The notes: generated by a model from the sequence alone, not told the origin. DNA of 64,000 nt from Bacteroidota bacterium (GCA_039798185.1 JBDKGM010000020.1:3138-67137); one strand, 5' to 3'. Numbered from the stretch's first letter, positions 39,830-50,948 are shown. Made by a program: numbers and translations.

Positions 39830-41773
39830 TTAATTTGCTTGTTTTATCGTTAAATCCTCATCATAATAGAGAATATAAATCCCGTTGTTGGTGTAACCTC
39901 CGGATACTTTTTTAGCGTAATCAAATTTGTTTTCAATTTGTTCCGAAGCATCCTCCAAAGTATCTTCAAAATCGTTGCTTTGTGCCAAACGAATTAAGGT
40001 ATCAAAGGTTAAATCAAACCCACGAATTGCAAATTGATTGGGGAAAACTTTATTCTTTTTGCGATAGGCAACATCAAATTGACGCGCTTTATCTGTATCG
40101 TTTTCACGCGTTACTGAAGGGTACATCAATTTCAATTTGGTTAATCGAGCGATTGGTATTTCTTCATAATCCAACGTTTCATTCGCTTCTAATATCACCA
40201 ATTGAACAGGAAAATCCCGTTGCGCGGCAATCATGGAAGCTGTAGTTGTCATTACTGCGCCTGTTTTTTCCGTAGCTAAAATGACATAATTGGTACGATC
40301 CTTCACAAAATGTTTTTTGATACTATCGGCAACTACTGAACCATTTTCTGCTACACCAACAATCTTGACTTTTTCATAAAAGTCTTTTAAGTACTGACGC
40401 ATGGATTGTTTTTTGGGAGAAACTACCGCGATGATGTTACCATTTTTAGATTGTAAATAATCTAACATAGCCGCTTTTGTAGCATCGGGAAGCGGCGTCG
40501 ATTGGTATAAGTTGGTATATCCTTTTCCGTCTTCCCGCGATAGAGGCGAAATCACTGGAATATTTTTGGATTCTAAAGCCATAGCAACGCGCTCCACATT
40601 TACTTGGTAAAACGGCCCAATTACTGCATCGGTAGTGGAAAAATCTTCGTTCTTAATAATGTCCAATGCCGCGGTTGAATTTCGGGATTCTTGGGAATCA
40701 TAAATACGAATATTCACATTCATTCCTAACGTTTTCGCGGAATCGATAGCCATAAGAGCCCCCGAATAAAAATCCAAGGTCATGTTTAAAAATTTATCTT
40801 TTTTCAAACGTTCCAACACTCCTGTAACCGTATCATTTTGAATACGAGTTGCATTAAAAGGAAGAAACATGACTAATTCTCGTCGTTTTTGCGCGGACAA
40901 CGATTTTGAAAAATCGCGCACTCCCGAACCGTTTCGTTCTTTCACAAAAGCAATTTGAGCAGGTACTTTTATAATCATTCCTTGCTTCAATCCGTCTTTT
41001 AACTCCGGATTCATTCGAATCAAGGCTGCTTCGGATAAATTAAAATGTTTGGTCAAACTGTAGACAGTTTCTCCTGCTTTCACTTCATAATCTGAAGTTT
41101 CAATCGGTTTGACTTTGGGTGTATTGTCATTGGATTTCGTCGCAGTTTTTTTAATTTTTAGAATATCTCCAATTGACAAACCGTCTTTCGATTGTGGATT
41201 CTGCGCTTCCAATTCTTCGATAGAAACTCCATATAAATTAGCAATTCCATATTTGGTTTCTTGTGCTCTTACCACATGTGTAATTTCAGTGGTAGAGGGA
41301 GCAGGCATCGAAGGTACTGCCGCTGGAGCAGGTTTTGGAACGGTGACTCCTTTTTTTAAAGCAAGCACTTGTCCCACTTGTAATCCTGTAGTTGCCAAAC
41401 TTGGATTTAAAGCTTCTAGTGTTCCTTTTTCCAAACCATATTTTTTGGTAATGCTAAAAATAGTTTCTTTTGCGAGTACCGTATGGGTATTGGGCACAAC
41501 AATCTTATTAGCTGTGGCCGTTGGAGTTGAAGTAGCGGTAGGTTTCGCCGTTGTTTTAGGAAGCACTGCATTGGGTGGAATAACTAACACCATATTCGGC
41601 TGAATTCCATTTTTTGCCTCTGGATTAACCTTATAGATATCATAAGGAGTTACCTGATATTTTTGCGCAATTGATACCACAGTTTCTCCTTTGGCAACCG
41701 TATGTTTCTTTGCTTGAGCAAGAACGGATACAGTAGCTAAAATCAATAATCCTAAAACGACTTTTTTCAACAT
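39830..41773 (-). CDS. Multi-LysM exported protein with C-terminal type I periplasmic-binding-like domain
   Basis: Four LysM-like repeats (HTVAKGET, HTVLAKET, HVVRAQET, YEVKAGET), then LVMFLPF, DFYSGALMA.DS, DAVIGPFY, GFDLTFD. Confidence 0.8.
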   Translation of the reverse strand: MLKKVVLGLLILATVSVLAQAKKHTVAKGETVVSIAQKYQVTPYDIYKVNPEAKNGIQPNMVLVIPPNAVLPKTTAKPTATSTPTATANKIVVPNTHTVLAKETIFSITKKYGLEKGTLEALNPSLATTGLQVGQVLALKKGVTVPKPAPAAVPSMPAPSTTEITHVVRAQETKYGIANLYGVSIEELEAQNPQSKDGLSIGDILKIKKTATKSNDNTPKVKPIETSDYEVKAGETVYSLTKHFNLSEAALIRMNPELKDGLKQGMIIKVPAQIAFVKERNGSGVRDFSKSLSAQKRRELVMFLPFNATRIQNDTVTGVLERLKKDKFLNMTLDFYSGALMAIDSAKTLGMNVNIRIYDSQESRNSTAALDIIKNEDFSTTDAVIGPFYQVNVERVAMALESKNIPVISPLSREDGKGYTNLYQSTPLPDATKAAMLDYLQSKNGNIIAVVSPKKQSMRQYLKDFYEKVKIVGVAENGSVVADSIKKHFVKDRTNYVILATEKTGAVMTTTASMIAAQRDFPVQLVILEANETLDYEEIPIARLTKLKLMYPSVTRENDTDKARQFDVAYRKKNKVFPNQFAIRGFDLTFDTLIRLAQSNDFEDTLEDASEQIENKFDYAKKVSGGYTNNGIYILYYDEDLTIKQAN

Positions 41774-41804
41774 AATTTATATTTTTAAGGAAGCATTTCC
41801 TTTT

Positions 41805-43334
41805 TTATTCCCATTCAATAGTTGCAGGCGGTTTTGAACTGATATCATACACTACACGGTTTACACCTTTCACTTTATTGATGATTTCATTCGAAATTTT
41901 CATCAAAAACTCATACGGTAAATGCACCCAATCGGCAGTCATACCATCTGTAGATTCAACCGCGCGTAAAGCGACTACTTTTTCATACGTACGCTCATCA
42001 CCCATTACTCCTACACTATTCACAGGCAACAATATAGCACCAGCTTGCCAAACTTTATTGTACAAACCATGTGATTTTAATCCTTCAATAAAAATGGCAT
42101 CAACTTCTTGTAAAATGCGCACTTTTTCTGGAGTAATATCGCCTAAAATACGAATCGACAAACCAGGACCTGGGAACGGATGACGTCCTAATAATTCAGG
42201 ATCAATACCCAATGTTGCTCCTACGCGTCGCACTTCATCTTTGAACAACATTCGTAGCGGTTCGACAATTTGCAATTTCATATAATCGGGCAATCCACCC
42301 ACATTATGATGGGACTTGATGGTTGCTGAGGGACCTTTTACCGAAACCGATTCGATCACATCGGGATAAATTGTACCTTGTGCTAACCATTTTACATCCG
42401 TTAACTGATTGGCTTCATCATCAAAAACTTCAATAAACACCCGACCAATTGTTTTACGTTTGGTTTCCGGATCACTGATTCCTTCAAGCGCTGACAAAAA
42501 ACGTGCCGAAGCATCCACTCCTTTAACATTTAATCCCATTCCTTGGTATTGCTGTAAAACATTTTCAAATTCATTTTTACGCAATAACCCATTGTTGACA
42601 AAAATACAATACAGGTTGGCTCCAATAGCCTTATTTAAAAGTACAGCTGCCACGGTAGAATCTACTCCACCTGACAAACCGAGTACTACTTTATCGTTTT
42701 TAACCTTTTCGCGGATATCCGCTACGCAATCCTCAACAAAAGCATTGGGTGTAAAACTTTGTGGAACCTGAGCAATTTTAACTAAAAAATTCTCCAACAA
42801 TTGTTTCCCATCGGTAGAGTGATACACTTCGGGATGAAATTGAATAGCATAGGTTGACTCACCTTCAATACGGTAAGCGGCATTTTCTACATCTTTGGTA
42901 CTTGCCAAACGAATACCGTTGGTAGGCAATTGTTTGATTGTGTCGCTATGGCTCATCCAAACTTGAGAATTTAGCGCAATTTCTTCAAAGAAATCTTCAT
43001 CATCCTTGATAAAGGTAAGATTGGCTCTACCGTATTCCCGAATGTTGCTTGGTGCTACCTCACCACCGTTGAAATGCGCCAAATATTGGGCACCATAACA
43101 AACAGCGAGTAAAGGCATTTTACCCCGAATCAGAGACAAATCGGGATGGGGCGCATCTTCCGCTCGAACGGAGTAGGGACTACCTGATAAAATTACAGCT
43201 TTAAAACTCGACAGATCCGAGGGGACCTGATTGTAAGGGAAAATTTCGCAGAAGATATTAAGTTCGCGAACCCTTCTCGCAATCAATTGAGTGTATTGCG
43301 ATCCAAAATCTAAAATAAGTACGTTGTGTTGCAT
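41805..43334 (-). CDS. guaA: GMP synthase (glutamine-hydrolysing)
   Basis: [53 protein letters not shown]. Start moved to MQHNV. Confidence 0.97.
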   Translation of the reverse strand: MQHNVLILDFGSQYTQLIARRVRELNIFCEIFPYNQVPSDLSSFKAVILSGSPYSVRAEDAPHPDLSLIRGKMPLLAVCYGAQYLAHFNGGEVAPSNIREYGRANLTFIKDDEDFFEEIALNSQVWMSHSDTIKQLPTNGIRLASTKDVENAAYRIEGESTYAIQFHPEVYHSTDGKQLLENFLVKIAQVPQSFTPNAFVEDCVADIREKVKNDKVVLGLSGGVDSTVAAVLLNKAIGANLYCIFVNNGLLRKNEFENVLQQYQGMGLNVKGVDASARFLSALEGISDPETKRKTIGRVFIEVFDDEANQLTDVKWLAQGTIYPDVIESVSVKGPSATIKSHHNVGGLPDYMKLQIVEPLRMLFKDEVRRVGATLGIDPELLGRHPFPGPGLSIRILGDITPEKVRILQEVDAIFIEGLKSHGLYNKVWQAGAILLPVNSVGVMGDERTYEKVVALRAVESTDGMTADWVHLPYEFLMKISNEIINKVKGVNRVVYDISSKPPATIEWE

Positions 43335-43337
43335 GTG

Positions 43338-43345
43338 CAAAAGTA
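43338..43345 (-). promoter_or_regulatory. -7 promoter element immediately before the guaA ATG
   Basis: Minus strand TACTTTTG-CAC-ATG. Confidence 0.6.
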
Positions 43346-43421
43346 CTATTCCTACCTTGAAATAAAAAAAATGCTGTATTTTTTTTGTATTATTGTTCGA
43401 TAAGATTAGAAGCGATAAACC

Positions 43422-44936
43422 ATGGCCTTTGGATTCCCTGCCCAAGAATTTCAGTATCTACCTGAAACCCAACTTTCCTCACCTGAAAAATTATACTTTG
43501 CGTTACAAGTTTGTAAAGAATTGCAATGGGCAGTCATAGCATTGGACGATACTTCGTTGATGGCTACTACGGTTCACTTCGGTGGCAGTTGGAATGAAAC
43601 TTTTGAATTTAATATTCGGGGAAATGAAGTGATTTTACGCTGCTATTCCAATGGCAATCAAATTTATGATCAGGGTCGAAATAAAAAAAACATTGACTTA
43701 TTCATCAATGCCTATAATTATTTAAAAAAGAAAGGGGTTGAATCGCCTTTGGATTCTGAAGAATGCCTTGCTATTTTAAACCAACAAAAAGAAAAAATAA
43801 AAACAACCGCTATTGAGCAACTTGAAGTCAGTAGTTTTTACAATTTTTTCTCAATTTTTATTCCGACACAGGGTTATTTTACGACTCCTTTGTTAATTTG
43901 GGCCAACCTACTCATTTGGTTAATCATGACACTTTTTGGGGCCAACGGACTTACCTCTTCCGTTCCCGATTTAATTGATTGGGGCGGCAATATTTCGCAT
44001 TTAACAACATCTAATGGCTGGTGGCGCTTGGTCACTTGTATGTTTTTACATAACGGAATTATTCACTTAGTTTCAAATTGTATTGGTTTGGCAATTGCTG
44101 GATTGTTTTTAGAATCATTGCTGCAACGAAGTGGATTTCTCATGTACTACTTGTTGACGGGATTAATCGCCAGTTGTTCCAGTTTGTTTTGGTATGAAAA
44201 CATCGTTTGTGTTGGAGCTTCTGGGGCTATTTTTGGCATGTTCGGATTTTTAATTTCGGCATTGATTTTCAAATCCATACAACGCAAGTTTCAAATTAAT
44301 TCAGCGGTGAGTATTCTTGTCTTTGTGGGGATTAATCTTGCAGGAAGTTTTGACCAAGAAGTGGACAGTGCAGCACATATTGGCGGATTTGCTTCGGGAT
44401 TACTTCTGGGGATTGTATACCATCTTTTCCGAAATAAAATTTTAGTATCCCGAATTATCAGTGTTGGAACGACCCTACTTATTTGTGGTATTTTAATAAC
44501 TATTGCTTTGCGTTCACAGCATAATGTCTACGAATTACCTCAATATTGGAGTGGCATGAGCGAATTTGCTGCCATGGAAAAAAGGGCTATCGATGGCTAT
44601 TATTATCCGAATGGAGATGACCGTAAAGGTTTCGAAAAACAACTCATCGATGTTTCCCATTATTATTGGGAGGAAAACCTCAAGTTAATCTATGAACTGG
44701 ATCGCTTGAATTTACCTGAGGAAGTTCACGAGCTGAACAGCGAATGCAAAACCTATTGCGAAACCCATTTAAAAATGGTAAATTACATGCTTCAAGACCT
44801 TAGAGAAGGAAAGGAAAACTACGATGATGAAATTCGTGAACTTCGTACCAATCTTGAAACCCAAATTGAAATAATAAAACGTCACGTGGATACCATTAAA
44901 AAATCAGATTTTAATACCCCTCAAAAAAATGATTAA
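43422..44936 (+). CDS. Rhomboid-family intramembrane serine protease with extra N- and C-terminal domains
   Basis: [12 protein letters not shown]...N, catalytic GASG, AHIGG, flanked by soluble domains. Confidence 0.85.
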   Translation: MAFGFPAQEFQYLPETQLSSPEKLYFALQVCKELQWAVIALDDTSLMATTVHFGGSWNETFEFNIRGNEVILRCYSNGNQIYDQGRNKKNIDLFINAYNYLKKKGVESPLDSEECLAILNQQKEKIKTTAIEQLEVSSFYNFFSIFIPTQGYFTTPLLIWANLLIWLIMTLFGANGLTSSVPDLIDWGGNISHLTTSNGWWRLVTCMFLHNGIIHLVSNCIGLAIAGLFLESLLQRSGFLMYYLLTGLIASCSSLFWYENIVCVGASGAIFGMFGFLISALIFKSIQRKFQINSAVSILVFVGINLAGSFDQEVDSAAHIGGFASGLLLGIVYHLFRNKILVSRIISVGTTLLICGILITIALRSQHNVYELPQYWSGMSEFAAMEKRAIDGYYYPNGDDRKGFEKQLIDVSHYYWEENLKLIYELDRLNLPEEVHELNSECKTYCETHLKMVNYMLQDLREGKENYDDEIRELRTNLETQIEIIKRHVDTIKKSDFNTPQKND

Positions 44937-45303
44937 GACACTTTTGTACATAGGATTAGGTGGTGCAATAGGCAGTATTTTTCGTTATCTCACTAGTGTT
45001 TGGGTTCAAAAATTCAATGTGAATAGTACCTTCCCTTGGGCTACTTTTTTAACCAATGGATTGGGATGTTTACTTATCGGAATTTTGATGGGGTATTTCA
45101 CCAAACACAATTTGTTGAACTCACAATTGAAATGGTTTTTAGTCACCGGATTTTGCGGCGGCTATACCACTTTTTCAACCTTTGGTTTTGAAACCCTTCA
45201 ACTCACACAAAACCAACAATTTGCTACAGCTTTATTATACACAATAAGCAGTGTTTGCATCGGAATAACAGCTGTTTTTATAGGATTGTGGCTCACGCGC
45301 TAA
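44929..45303 (+). CDS. crcB: Fluoride channel Fluc/CrcB
   Basis: GGAIGSIFRY, FPWATFLTN, TGFCGGYTTFSTF. Confidence 0.95.
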   Translation: MIKTLLYIGLGGAIGSIFRYLTSVWVQKFNVNSTFPWATFLTNGLGCLLIGILMGYFTKHNLLNSQLKWFLVTGFCGGYTTFSTFGFETLQLTQNQQFATALLYTISSVCIGITAVFIGLWLTR

Positions 45304-45365
45304 CATACGCAAACTGCACTAGAAAGTCTGATTTTTTTATGTAAAATTTAGTACCTTCGCAACCT

Positions 45366-46373
45366 ATGAATGAAAAAGAAGTACAGGAATTAAAAGTTCT
45401 TTTGGAACAACCCAAAAAAATTGCCATAATCCCTCATCGTAATCCCGATGGTGATGCCATGGGCTCTACGTTAGGTCTATCCCACTTTCTAAGAAAATTA
45501 GGCCATAGCACCCAAGTAATTTCTCCGAATGAATTTCCCGAATTTCTTGCTTGGCTACCAGGCACTGAAGAAGTGATGATTTATGAAAAAAATCGGAACC
45601 AATGTACCGCCTTTTTAAACGAGCAAGATCTTATTTTTACGCTTGATTTTAATGCATTACACCGCACGGGCGAAATGGAATTTGCCTTAAATACTCTAAA
45701 AATTCCAATGGTCATGATTGACCACCATGAATTACCAAGCAATTATGCCCAATTTGTATTTTCAGATACGGCCTATGGCTCAACGTGTGAAATGATTTAT
45801 CATTTTATCCAAGATTTAAAACTTGGGCATTTGATTGACAAAACAATTGCTACCTGTTTATATACAGGAATCATGACGGATTCGGGACAATTTCGTTTTC
45901 CAAAAACAACTGGAACAACGCACCGTATCGTTGCCGAATTTATTGATTTAGGCGTTCCAAATACCGAAATTCCAACCTTGTTATTTGACAATAACTCCTA
46001 CGACCGACTTCAATTGATGGGACGAGCGTTGCAAAACATGAAAATTTTCCCTGAACTTCATTCTTCTTATACCACATTAAGTCAGGATGAACTCAACCAA
46101 TTCAATTATGTAAAAGGTGATACGGAAGGCATTGTGAATTATGGACTAACCATCAAAGGAATTCAATTTACGGCAATTTTCATCGAACATAAAGACGAAG
46201 GAATAGTTAAGATATCTTTCCGTTCGCAAGGTAATTTTGATGTCAATCAGTTTGCCCGAACCTATTTTAATGGTGGCGGACATATCAATGCTGCAGGTGG
46301 AAAATCAACGGATACACTTGAAAACACTATTTTACGTTTTGAAAATATACTTACAACAATACATCCAAAATAA
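45366..46373 (+). CDS. nrnA: DHH/DHHA1 phosphoesterase (NrnA-like oligoribonuclease / pAp phosphatase)
   Basis: HRNPDGDAMGS, LD, IDHH, GIMTDSG, SFRS, GGGHINAAG. -7 variant TACCTTCG at 45352-45359. Confidence 0.85.
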   Translation: MNEKEVQELKVLLEQPKKIAIIPHRNPDGDAMGSTLGLSHFLRKLGHSTQVISPNEFPEFLAWLPGTEEVMIYEKNRNQCTAFLNEQDLIFTLDFNALHRTGEMEFALNTLKIPMVMIDHHELPSNYAQFVFSDTAYGSTCEMIYHFIQDLKLGHLIDKTIATCLYTGIMTDSGQFRFPKTTGTTHRIVAEFIDLGVPNTEIPTLLFDNNSYDRLQLMGRALQNMKIFPELHSSYTTLSQDELNQFNYVKGDTEGIVNYGLTIKGIQFTAIFIEHKDEGIVKISFRSQGNFDVNQFARTYFNGGGHINAAGGKSTDTLENTILRFENILTTIHPK

Positions 46374-46380
46374 AAGGGTT

Positions 46381-46944
46381 ATGAAAAAAATAAGTTCCTC
46401 AATTCTAGGCTTACTCCTGACGCTACTCGTATTCACGAGTTGTCAACAACAACAAGCACGTCGACCAGTTTCGCATTCTTCAGGTGAATTCATGAATGCT
46501 TCGGTTGAACGCAACAAAAAATTGATCAAAAACGAAGAGACTAAAATCGATTCCATTATTAAAAACAATAAAGGAATTCAATATATCGCCTCCAAAAAAG
46601 GGTACTGGTATTATTATGAAAATAAAAATACAGCGGATACTTTACGTCCTAAAAAAGGAGATATTGCCTATTTTGATTATGAAGTGAAAGATTTAAATGG
46701 AAAAGTCATTTATTCCGATCTTGAATTGAAAGGGCAAACCTATCGCGTAGACAAACAAACGATTATCACCGGACTCCAACACGGTTTGAAGTTAATGCGC
46801 AAAAATGAAACCGTTACTTTCTTGTTCCCTTCCCATTTGGCTTATGGTTACCATGGAGATGACCGCAGAATTGGCACCAACGAACCTATCATTTGTCGTG
46901 TTACGCTAACGGATTTCCGTCCAGAAAATAAATTAAACAACTAA
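46381..46944 (+). CDS. gldI: Gliding motility lipoprotein GldI (FKBP-type PPIase)
   Basis: Lipobox FTSC, QARRPVS..SG.FM.ASV.RN, GYWYYY, FPSHLAYGY.GD..RIG.NEP. Confidence 0.85.
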   Translation: MKKISSSILGLLLTLLVFTSCQQQQARRPVSHSSGEFMNASVERNKKLIKNEETKIDSIIKNNKGIQYIASKKGYWYYYENKNTADTLRPKKGDIAYFDYEVKDLNGKVIYSDLELKGQTYRVDKQTIITGLQHGLKLMRKNETVTFLFPSHLAYGYHGDDRRIGTNEPIICRVTLTDFRPENKLNN

Positions 46945-46946
46945 CA

Positions 46947-48062
46947 ATGAAAAAACTAACGTTTGTAATTGCACTTTTTGCGGGTTTATTTTTACAAAGT
47001 TGTAAAGATGAACATGCTGATTTAAAAGATGGCTTGTATGCAGAAATTGAAACAGATAAAGGAGCTATACTTGTCGCTTTAGAATACAAAAAATCGCCTA
47101 TCACTGTAGCAAATTTCATCACGCTTGCAGAAGGAACGAATCCATTTGTCCGTGAAGACTTAAAAGATAAAAATGTATTTGACGGCACACGTTGGCATCG
47201 GGTAATTTCCAAAACAAATGGAGATGCTGATGATTTTGTTATACAAGGTGGTGACCCAACTGGTACTGGATCTGGAGACATGGGTTATAAATTCAAAGAT
47301 GAATTTTCAGATTTGCGTTTTGACCAAGAAGGAATGCTTGCTATGGCCAATTCTGGGCCTGGCACCAATAGTAGTCAATTTTTTATCACATTAGCTCCTA
47401 CGCCAAACCTCGATCAACGCCATACAATTTTTGGAAAAGTAATAGGTGACGGAATAGATGTAGCGCATGCCATCAAACAATACGATCAAGTGCTTAGTGT
47501 CACCATTATCCGAAAAGGTGAAGAAGCTAAAAAGTTTGATGCCCTTAAAGTTTTTTCAGATTACTTTAAAGCAGAATCTGAACACCAAGCCAAACAAGCT
47601 AAAATTGATGCCGCAAATTTGAAAAATTACCAAGCTGAAAAACAAGCTTACTTTGCCAATTTAAAAACGAAAGCTACCGTTACTAAAAGTGGTTTAGCGT
47701 ATTATATTGTACAAAAAGGAAATGCAGGTCAACCTAATATGGGCGATCCAATCGCAGTGCATTATGCTGGATTTTTTGAAAACGGCAAACTTTTTGATAC
47801 CAGCGAAAGTGACGTTGCACGCCGTTTTGGAATCTTTAAAGAAGATCGAGCACAAATGGGTGGTTATACTGCTTTACCTTTAAAACACGGCGTAAAAGAA
47901 GGCATGATTCCAGGTTTTGCAGAAGGGATGAACCTTTTGCAATATGGAGATAAAGCGGTAATTTTCATCCCATCCCAATTAGGTTATGGGGAAAATGGAA
48001 TGGGAAGCGATATTCCACCGAACACGGATTTAATTTTTGAATTACAAATTGATAAACCTTAA
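46947..48062 (+). CDS. Cyclophilin-FKBP fusion PPIase, lipoprotein
   Basis: Lipobox LQSC, WHRVI, AMANSGPGTNSSQFFIT, FKBP VHYAG...IPGFAEG...IPPNTDLIFE. Confidence 0.9.
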   Translation: MKKLTFVIALFAGLFLQSCKDEHADLKDGLYAEIETDKGAILVALEYKKSPITVANFITLAEGTNPFVREDLKDKNVFDGTRWHRVISKTNGDADDFVIQGGDPTGTGSGDMGYKFKDEFSDLRFDQEGMLAMANSGPGTNSSQFFITLAPTPNLDQRHTIFGKVIGDGIDVAHAIKQYDQVLSVTIIRKGEEAKKFDALKVFSDYFKAESEHQAKQAKIDAANLKNYQAEKQAYFANLKTKATVTKSGLAYYIVQKGNAGQPNMGDPIAVHYAGFFENGKLFDTSESDVARRFGIFKEDRAQMGGYTALPLKHGVKEGMIPGFAEGMNLLQYGDKAVIFIPSQLGYGENGMGSDIPPNTDLIFELQIDKP

Positions 48063-48084
48063 TAATTAAAAAATACGAACGAGA

Positions 48085-49194
48085 ATGAAAATGACTTTAA
48101 AATGGATTGGAATTTTCCTTTTGAGTACTACACTACTCCAAGCGCAAACTCCTAAGAAAGCTGCTGCAAAAACCAGCAAACCTAAAACTGCGAGTACATC
48201 GGCTCCAAAAGCTACAAACACGGCTACTACTTCAGCGGCTACTCCAAAAATGAATGATGGAATTTATGCTGAAATCGATACTCCAAAAGGGAAAATGCTT
48301 TTGGAATTGTATTACCAAAAAACACCGGTTACTGTTGCTAACTTTATTGCCTTAGCCGAAGGAAATCATCCGTATGTTTCAGAAAATTTAAAAGGGAAAA
48401 AACTTTTTGACGGATTGACATTTCACCGTGTCATTAAAGATTTTATGATTCAAGGTGGTGATCCTGCAGGGAATGGATCAGGCGGTCCAGGTTATGCATT
48501 TAAAGACGAAATCACCGAAGATAAATTTACTGGCCCTGGAATTTTAGCAATGGCTAATGCCGGACCTAAAACAAACGGCTCTCAGTTTTTCATTACCCAC
48601 AAAGAAACACCATGGTTAAATGGAAAACACACCATTTTTGGTAAAATAGTTACAGGACAAGACGTTGTAAATGCAATTGCACAAAACGACCCGATGACCA
48701 AAGTAACTATCATCCGTAAAGGAGCAGCTGCTAAAGCCTTTGATGCTGTAAAAGTATTTGGCGAATATTATGGTGCGATTGCTGCAGAGGAATTAAAAGC
48801 TGAAGAAGCGAGAAAAGCTGCCAATGCTGCTGCGTTGAAAGAATTTACAGAAAAAGGACAAATGACTCCAAGTGGTTTGCGCTATATCGTTTTACAAGAA
48901 GGAACAGGTGAAAAACCCTTAGCAACCAGTAATGTAAAAGTACACTACACCGGAATGTTGACCGATGGAAAAATCTTCGATAGTAGCGTACAACGCGGTC
49001 AACCTATTGATTTTGGATTAAATCAAGTAATCAAAGGTTGGACAGAAGGTGTACAATTAATGCCTGAAGGTTCGAAATACAAATTTTACATCCCTTACCA
49101 ATTGGCTTATGGCGATCGCGGAGCGGGTGGTGTAATTCCTCCGAAAGCAGATTTGATTTTCGAAGTGGAATTACTTAAAATCAACACAAAATAA
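48085..49194 (+). CDS. Cyclophilin-FKBP fusion PPIase, exported
   Basis: Signal peptide, [28 protein letters not shown]...FDSS...VIKGWTEG. Confidence 0.92.
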   Translation: MKMTLKWIGIFLLSTTLLQAQTPKKAAAKTSKPKTASTSAPKATNTATTSAATPKMNDGIYAEIDTPKGKMLLELYYQKTPVTVANFIALAEGNHPYVSENLKGKKLFDGLTFHRVIKDFMIQGGDPAGNGSGGPGYAFKDEITEDKFTGPGILAMANAGPKTNGSQFFITHKETPWLNGKHTIFGKIVTGQDVVNAIAQNDPMTKVTIIRKGAAAKAFDAVKVFGEYYGAIAAEELKAEEARKAANAAALKEFTEKGQMTPSGLRYIVLQEGTGEKPLATSNVKVHYTGMLTDGKIFDSSVQRGQPIDFGLNQVIKGWTEGVQLMPEGSKYKFYIPYQLAYGDRGAGGVIPPKADLIFEVELLKINTK

Positions 49195-49222
49195 AAAAAG
49201 GCTGTCTTCGGACAGCCTTTAC
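49195..49222. terminator. Terminator (GCTGTC-TTCG-GACAGC)
   Basis: AAAGGCTGTC-TTCG-GACAGCCTTT between convergent genes. Confidence 0.88.
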
Positions 49223-49234
49223 TTTTTATAGGTA

Positions 49235-49666
49235 TTACGATTTAAAACGCCAAACAAACGAATCGGAAACATCATCAATAATAGCGCCCAATTCCACTCG
49301 GATGATTTCTCCAAACTCCGATTGTAAGGTTAACCAATTGGACTCATTAAAATGATTGGTCACCGAATCATAATCTTCGGTTTCCCATATTTTAAAAGGG
49401 AGCGTTTCAATAATTTCTCCAACCGGTTTTCCAATAATTAGATGTCCCAAAAGCGACGCTTGCGGATGTGAAGTAATCGCATAACCAAAACGAAAATCTT
49501 CATCAGCATAAAAGGTTAAACGCAGTTTCTGATTATGGTATAAATAAATCACATTGGTATCTTCATCATGAAATTGACGATCGGGCACACCTAAAATGCG
49601 TTCCACATCGTTTGTTTTCATTCCGAATAACAATTCGGCAATTCCGTTTTTAGGATCTATTTTCAT
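49235..49666 (-). CDS. Hypothetical protein
   Basis: Intact 143 aa ORF starting 3 nt after the purM stop; GMKTNDVERILGVPD resembles SmpA/OmlA-type openers. Confidence 0.65.
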   Translation of the reverse strand: MKIDPKNGIAELLFGMKTNDVERILGVPDRQFHDEDTNVIYLYHNQKLRLTFYADEDFRFGYAITSHPQASLLGHLIIGKPVGEIIETLPFKIWETEDYDSVTNHFNESNWLTLQSEFGEIIRVELGAIIDDVSDSFVWRFKS

Positions 49667-49669
49667 ATT

Positions 49670-50848
49670 TTAATACGTGAATGTTCCATAGGGCGAACTG
49701 ATCGTTAATTGCTTGGTAGCAGCCGCTTCTACTCTACCTACAATTTGAGCTTCAATTCCAAATTGATTCGCGATTTCTATAATTGAACTGGCAATTTCAG
49801 GTTGTACATACAATTCCATGCGGTGGCCACAATTAAACACTTGATACATTTCTTTCCAATCGGTTCCGGATTGTTCTTGAATCAATTGAAATAAGGGTGG
49901 TACGGGAAACAAGTTGTCTTTAATAACATGAACTTGATCCACAAAATGCAATACCTTGGTTTGCGCACCGCCACTACAATGAACCATACCGTGAATAGAT
50001 GAAGTACCGATTTTATCTAAAATGGCTTTGATTACTGGGGCATAGGTGCGCGTAGGTGACAATACCAACTTACCCGCATCAAGTGGCGATCCTGCAACAG
50101 CATCGGTTAATTGAACCGTTCCTGAATACACTAGGTCATTGGGAACAGCCGCATCAAAACTTTCTGGGAATTGTGTAGCCAAATCATGAGCAAAAACATC
50201 ATGACGTGCCGAAGTTAAACCATTACTTCCCATTCCGCCGTTGTATTCTTTTTCATAAGTAGTTTGACCATAACTTGCCAAACCTACGATGACATTACCG
50301 GGTTGAATATTGGCATTATCAATTACAGCACTGCGTTTCATTCGGGCCGTTACTGTAGAATCTACAATAATGGTACGCACTAGATCACCCACATCGGCGG
50401 TTTCACCTCCTGTAGAATGAATGGTAACTCCATGTTGACGGAGTTCGGCAATCAATTCTTCTGTACCATTAATAATTGCAGCAATAACTTCTCCGGGAAT
50501 TAGATTTTTATTACGCCCAATAGTCGATGACAACATAATATTATCAACGGCACCAACGCAAAGTAAATCATCGATATTCATGATTAAAGCATCTTGTGCA
50601 ATCCCTTTCCATACGGAAATATCGCCTGTAGTTTTCCAATACATATAGGCTAATGAGGATTTTGTTCCAGCACCATCCGCATGCATGATGAGACAATACT
50701 CAGGATCACCTGTTAGATAATCAGGAACTATTTTACAAAATGCTTTTGGAAATAAGCCTTTATCAATATTTTGAATAGCTTGGTGCACTTCCTCTTTAGA
50801 GGCAGAAACGCCACGTTGACTGTAGCGTTGGGAATGATTCGATTGCAT
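49670..50848 (-). CDS. purM: Phosphoribosylformylglycinamidine cyclo-ligase (AIR synthase), Bacteroidota type
   Basis: RGVSASKE, HADGAGTK, MNIDD, GGETAD, SNGLTSARH, HCSGG, VFNCG. Start moved to MQSNH; -7 element TATCTTTG at 50867-50874. Confidence 0.92.
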   Translation of the reverse strand: MQSNHSQRYSQRGVSASKEEVHQAIQNIDKGLFPKAFCKIVPDYLTGDPEYCLIMHADGAGTKSSLAYMYWKTTGDISVWKGIAQDALIMNIDDLLCVGAVDNIMLSSTIGRNKNLIPGEVIAAIINGTEELIAELRQHGVTIHSTGGETADVGDLVRTIIVDSTVTARMKRSAVIDNANIQPGNVIVGLASYGQTTYEKEYNGGMGSNGLTSARHDVFAHDLATQFPESFDAAVPNDLVYSGTVQLTDAVAGSPLDAGKLVLSPTRTYAPVIKAILDKIGTSSIHGMVHCSGGAQTKVLHFVDQVHVIKDNLFPVPPLFQLIQEQSGTDWKEMYQVFNCGHRMELYVQPEIASSIIEIANQFGIEAQIVGRVEAAATKQLTISSPYGTFTY

Positions 50849-50948
50849 AGTTGTGTTGTTGTGGCGCAAAGATACTATTTCTGTTTCAAGTTTCAAGTTT
50901 CTCACAACGATTGAAGCAAAAGAAATCGAACAATAAATGGTTGTTTTT

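Noticed and set aside
44800-44929. Fluoride riboswitch upstream of crcB
   Set aside because: The upstream sequence is rhomboid coding sequence and shows no recognisable aptamer.
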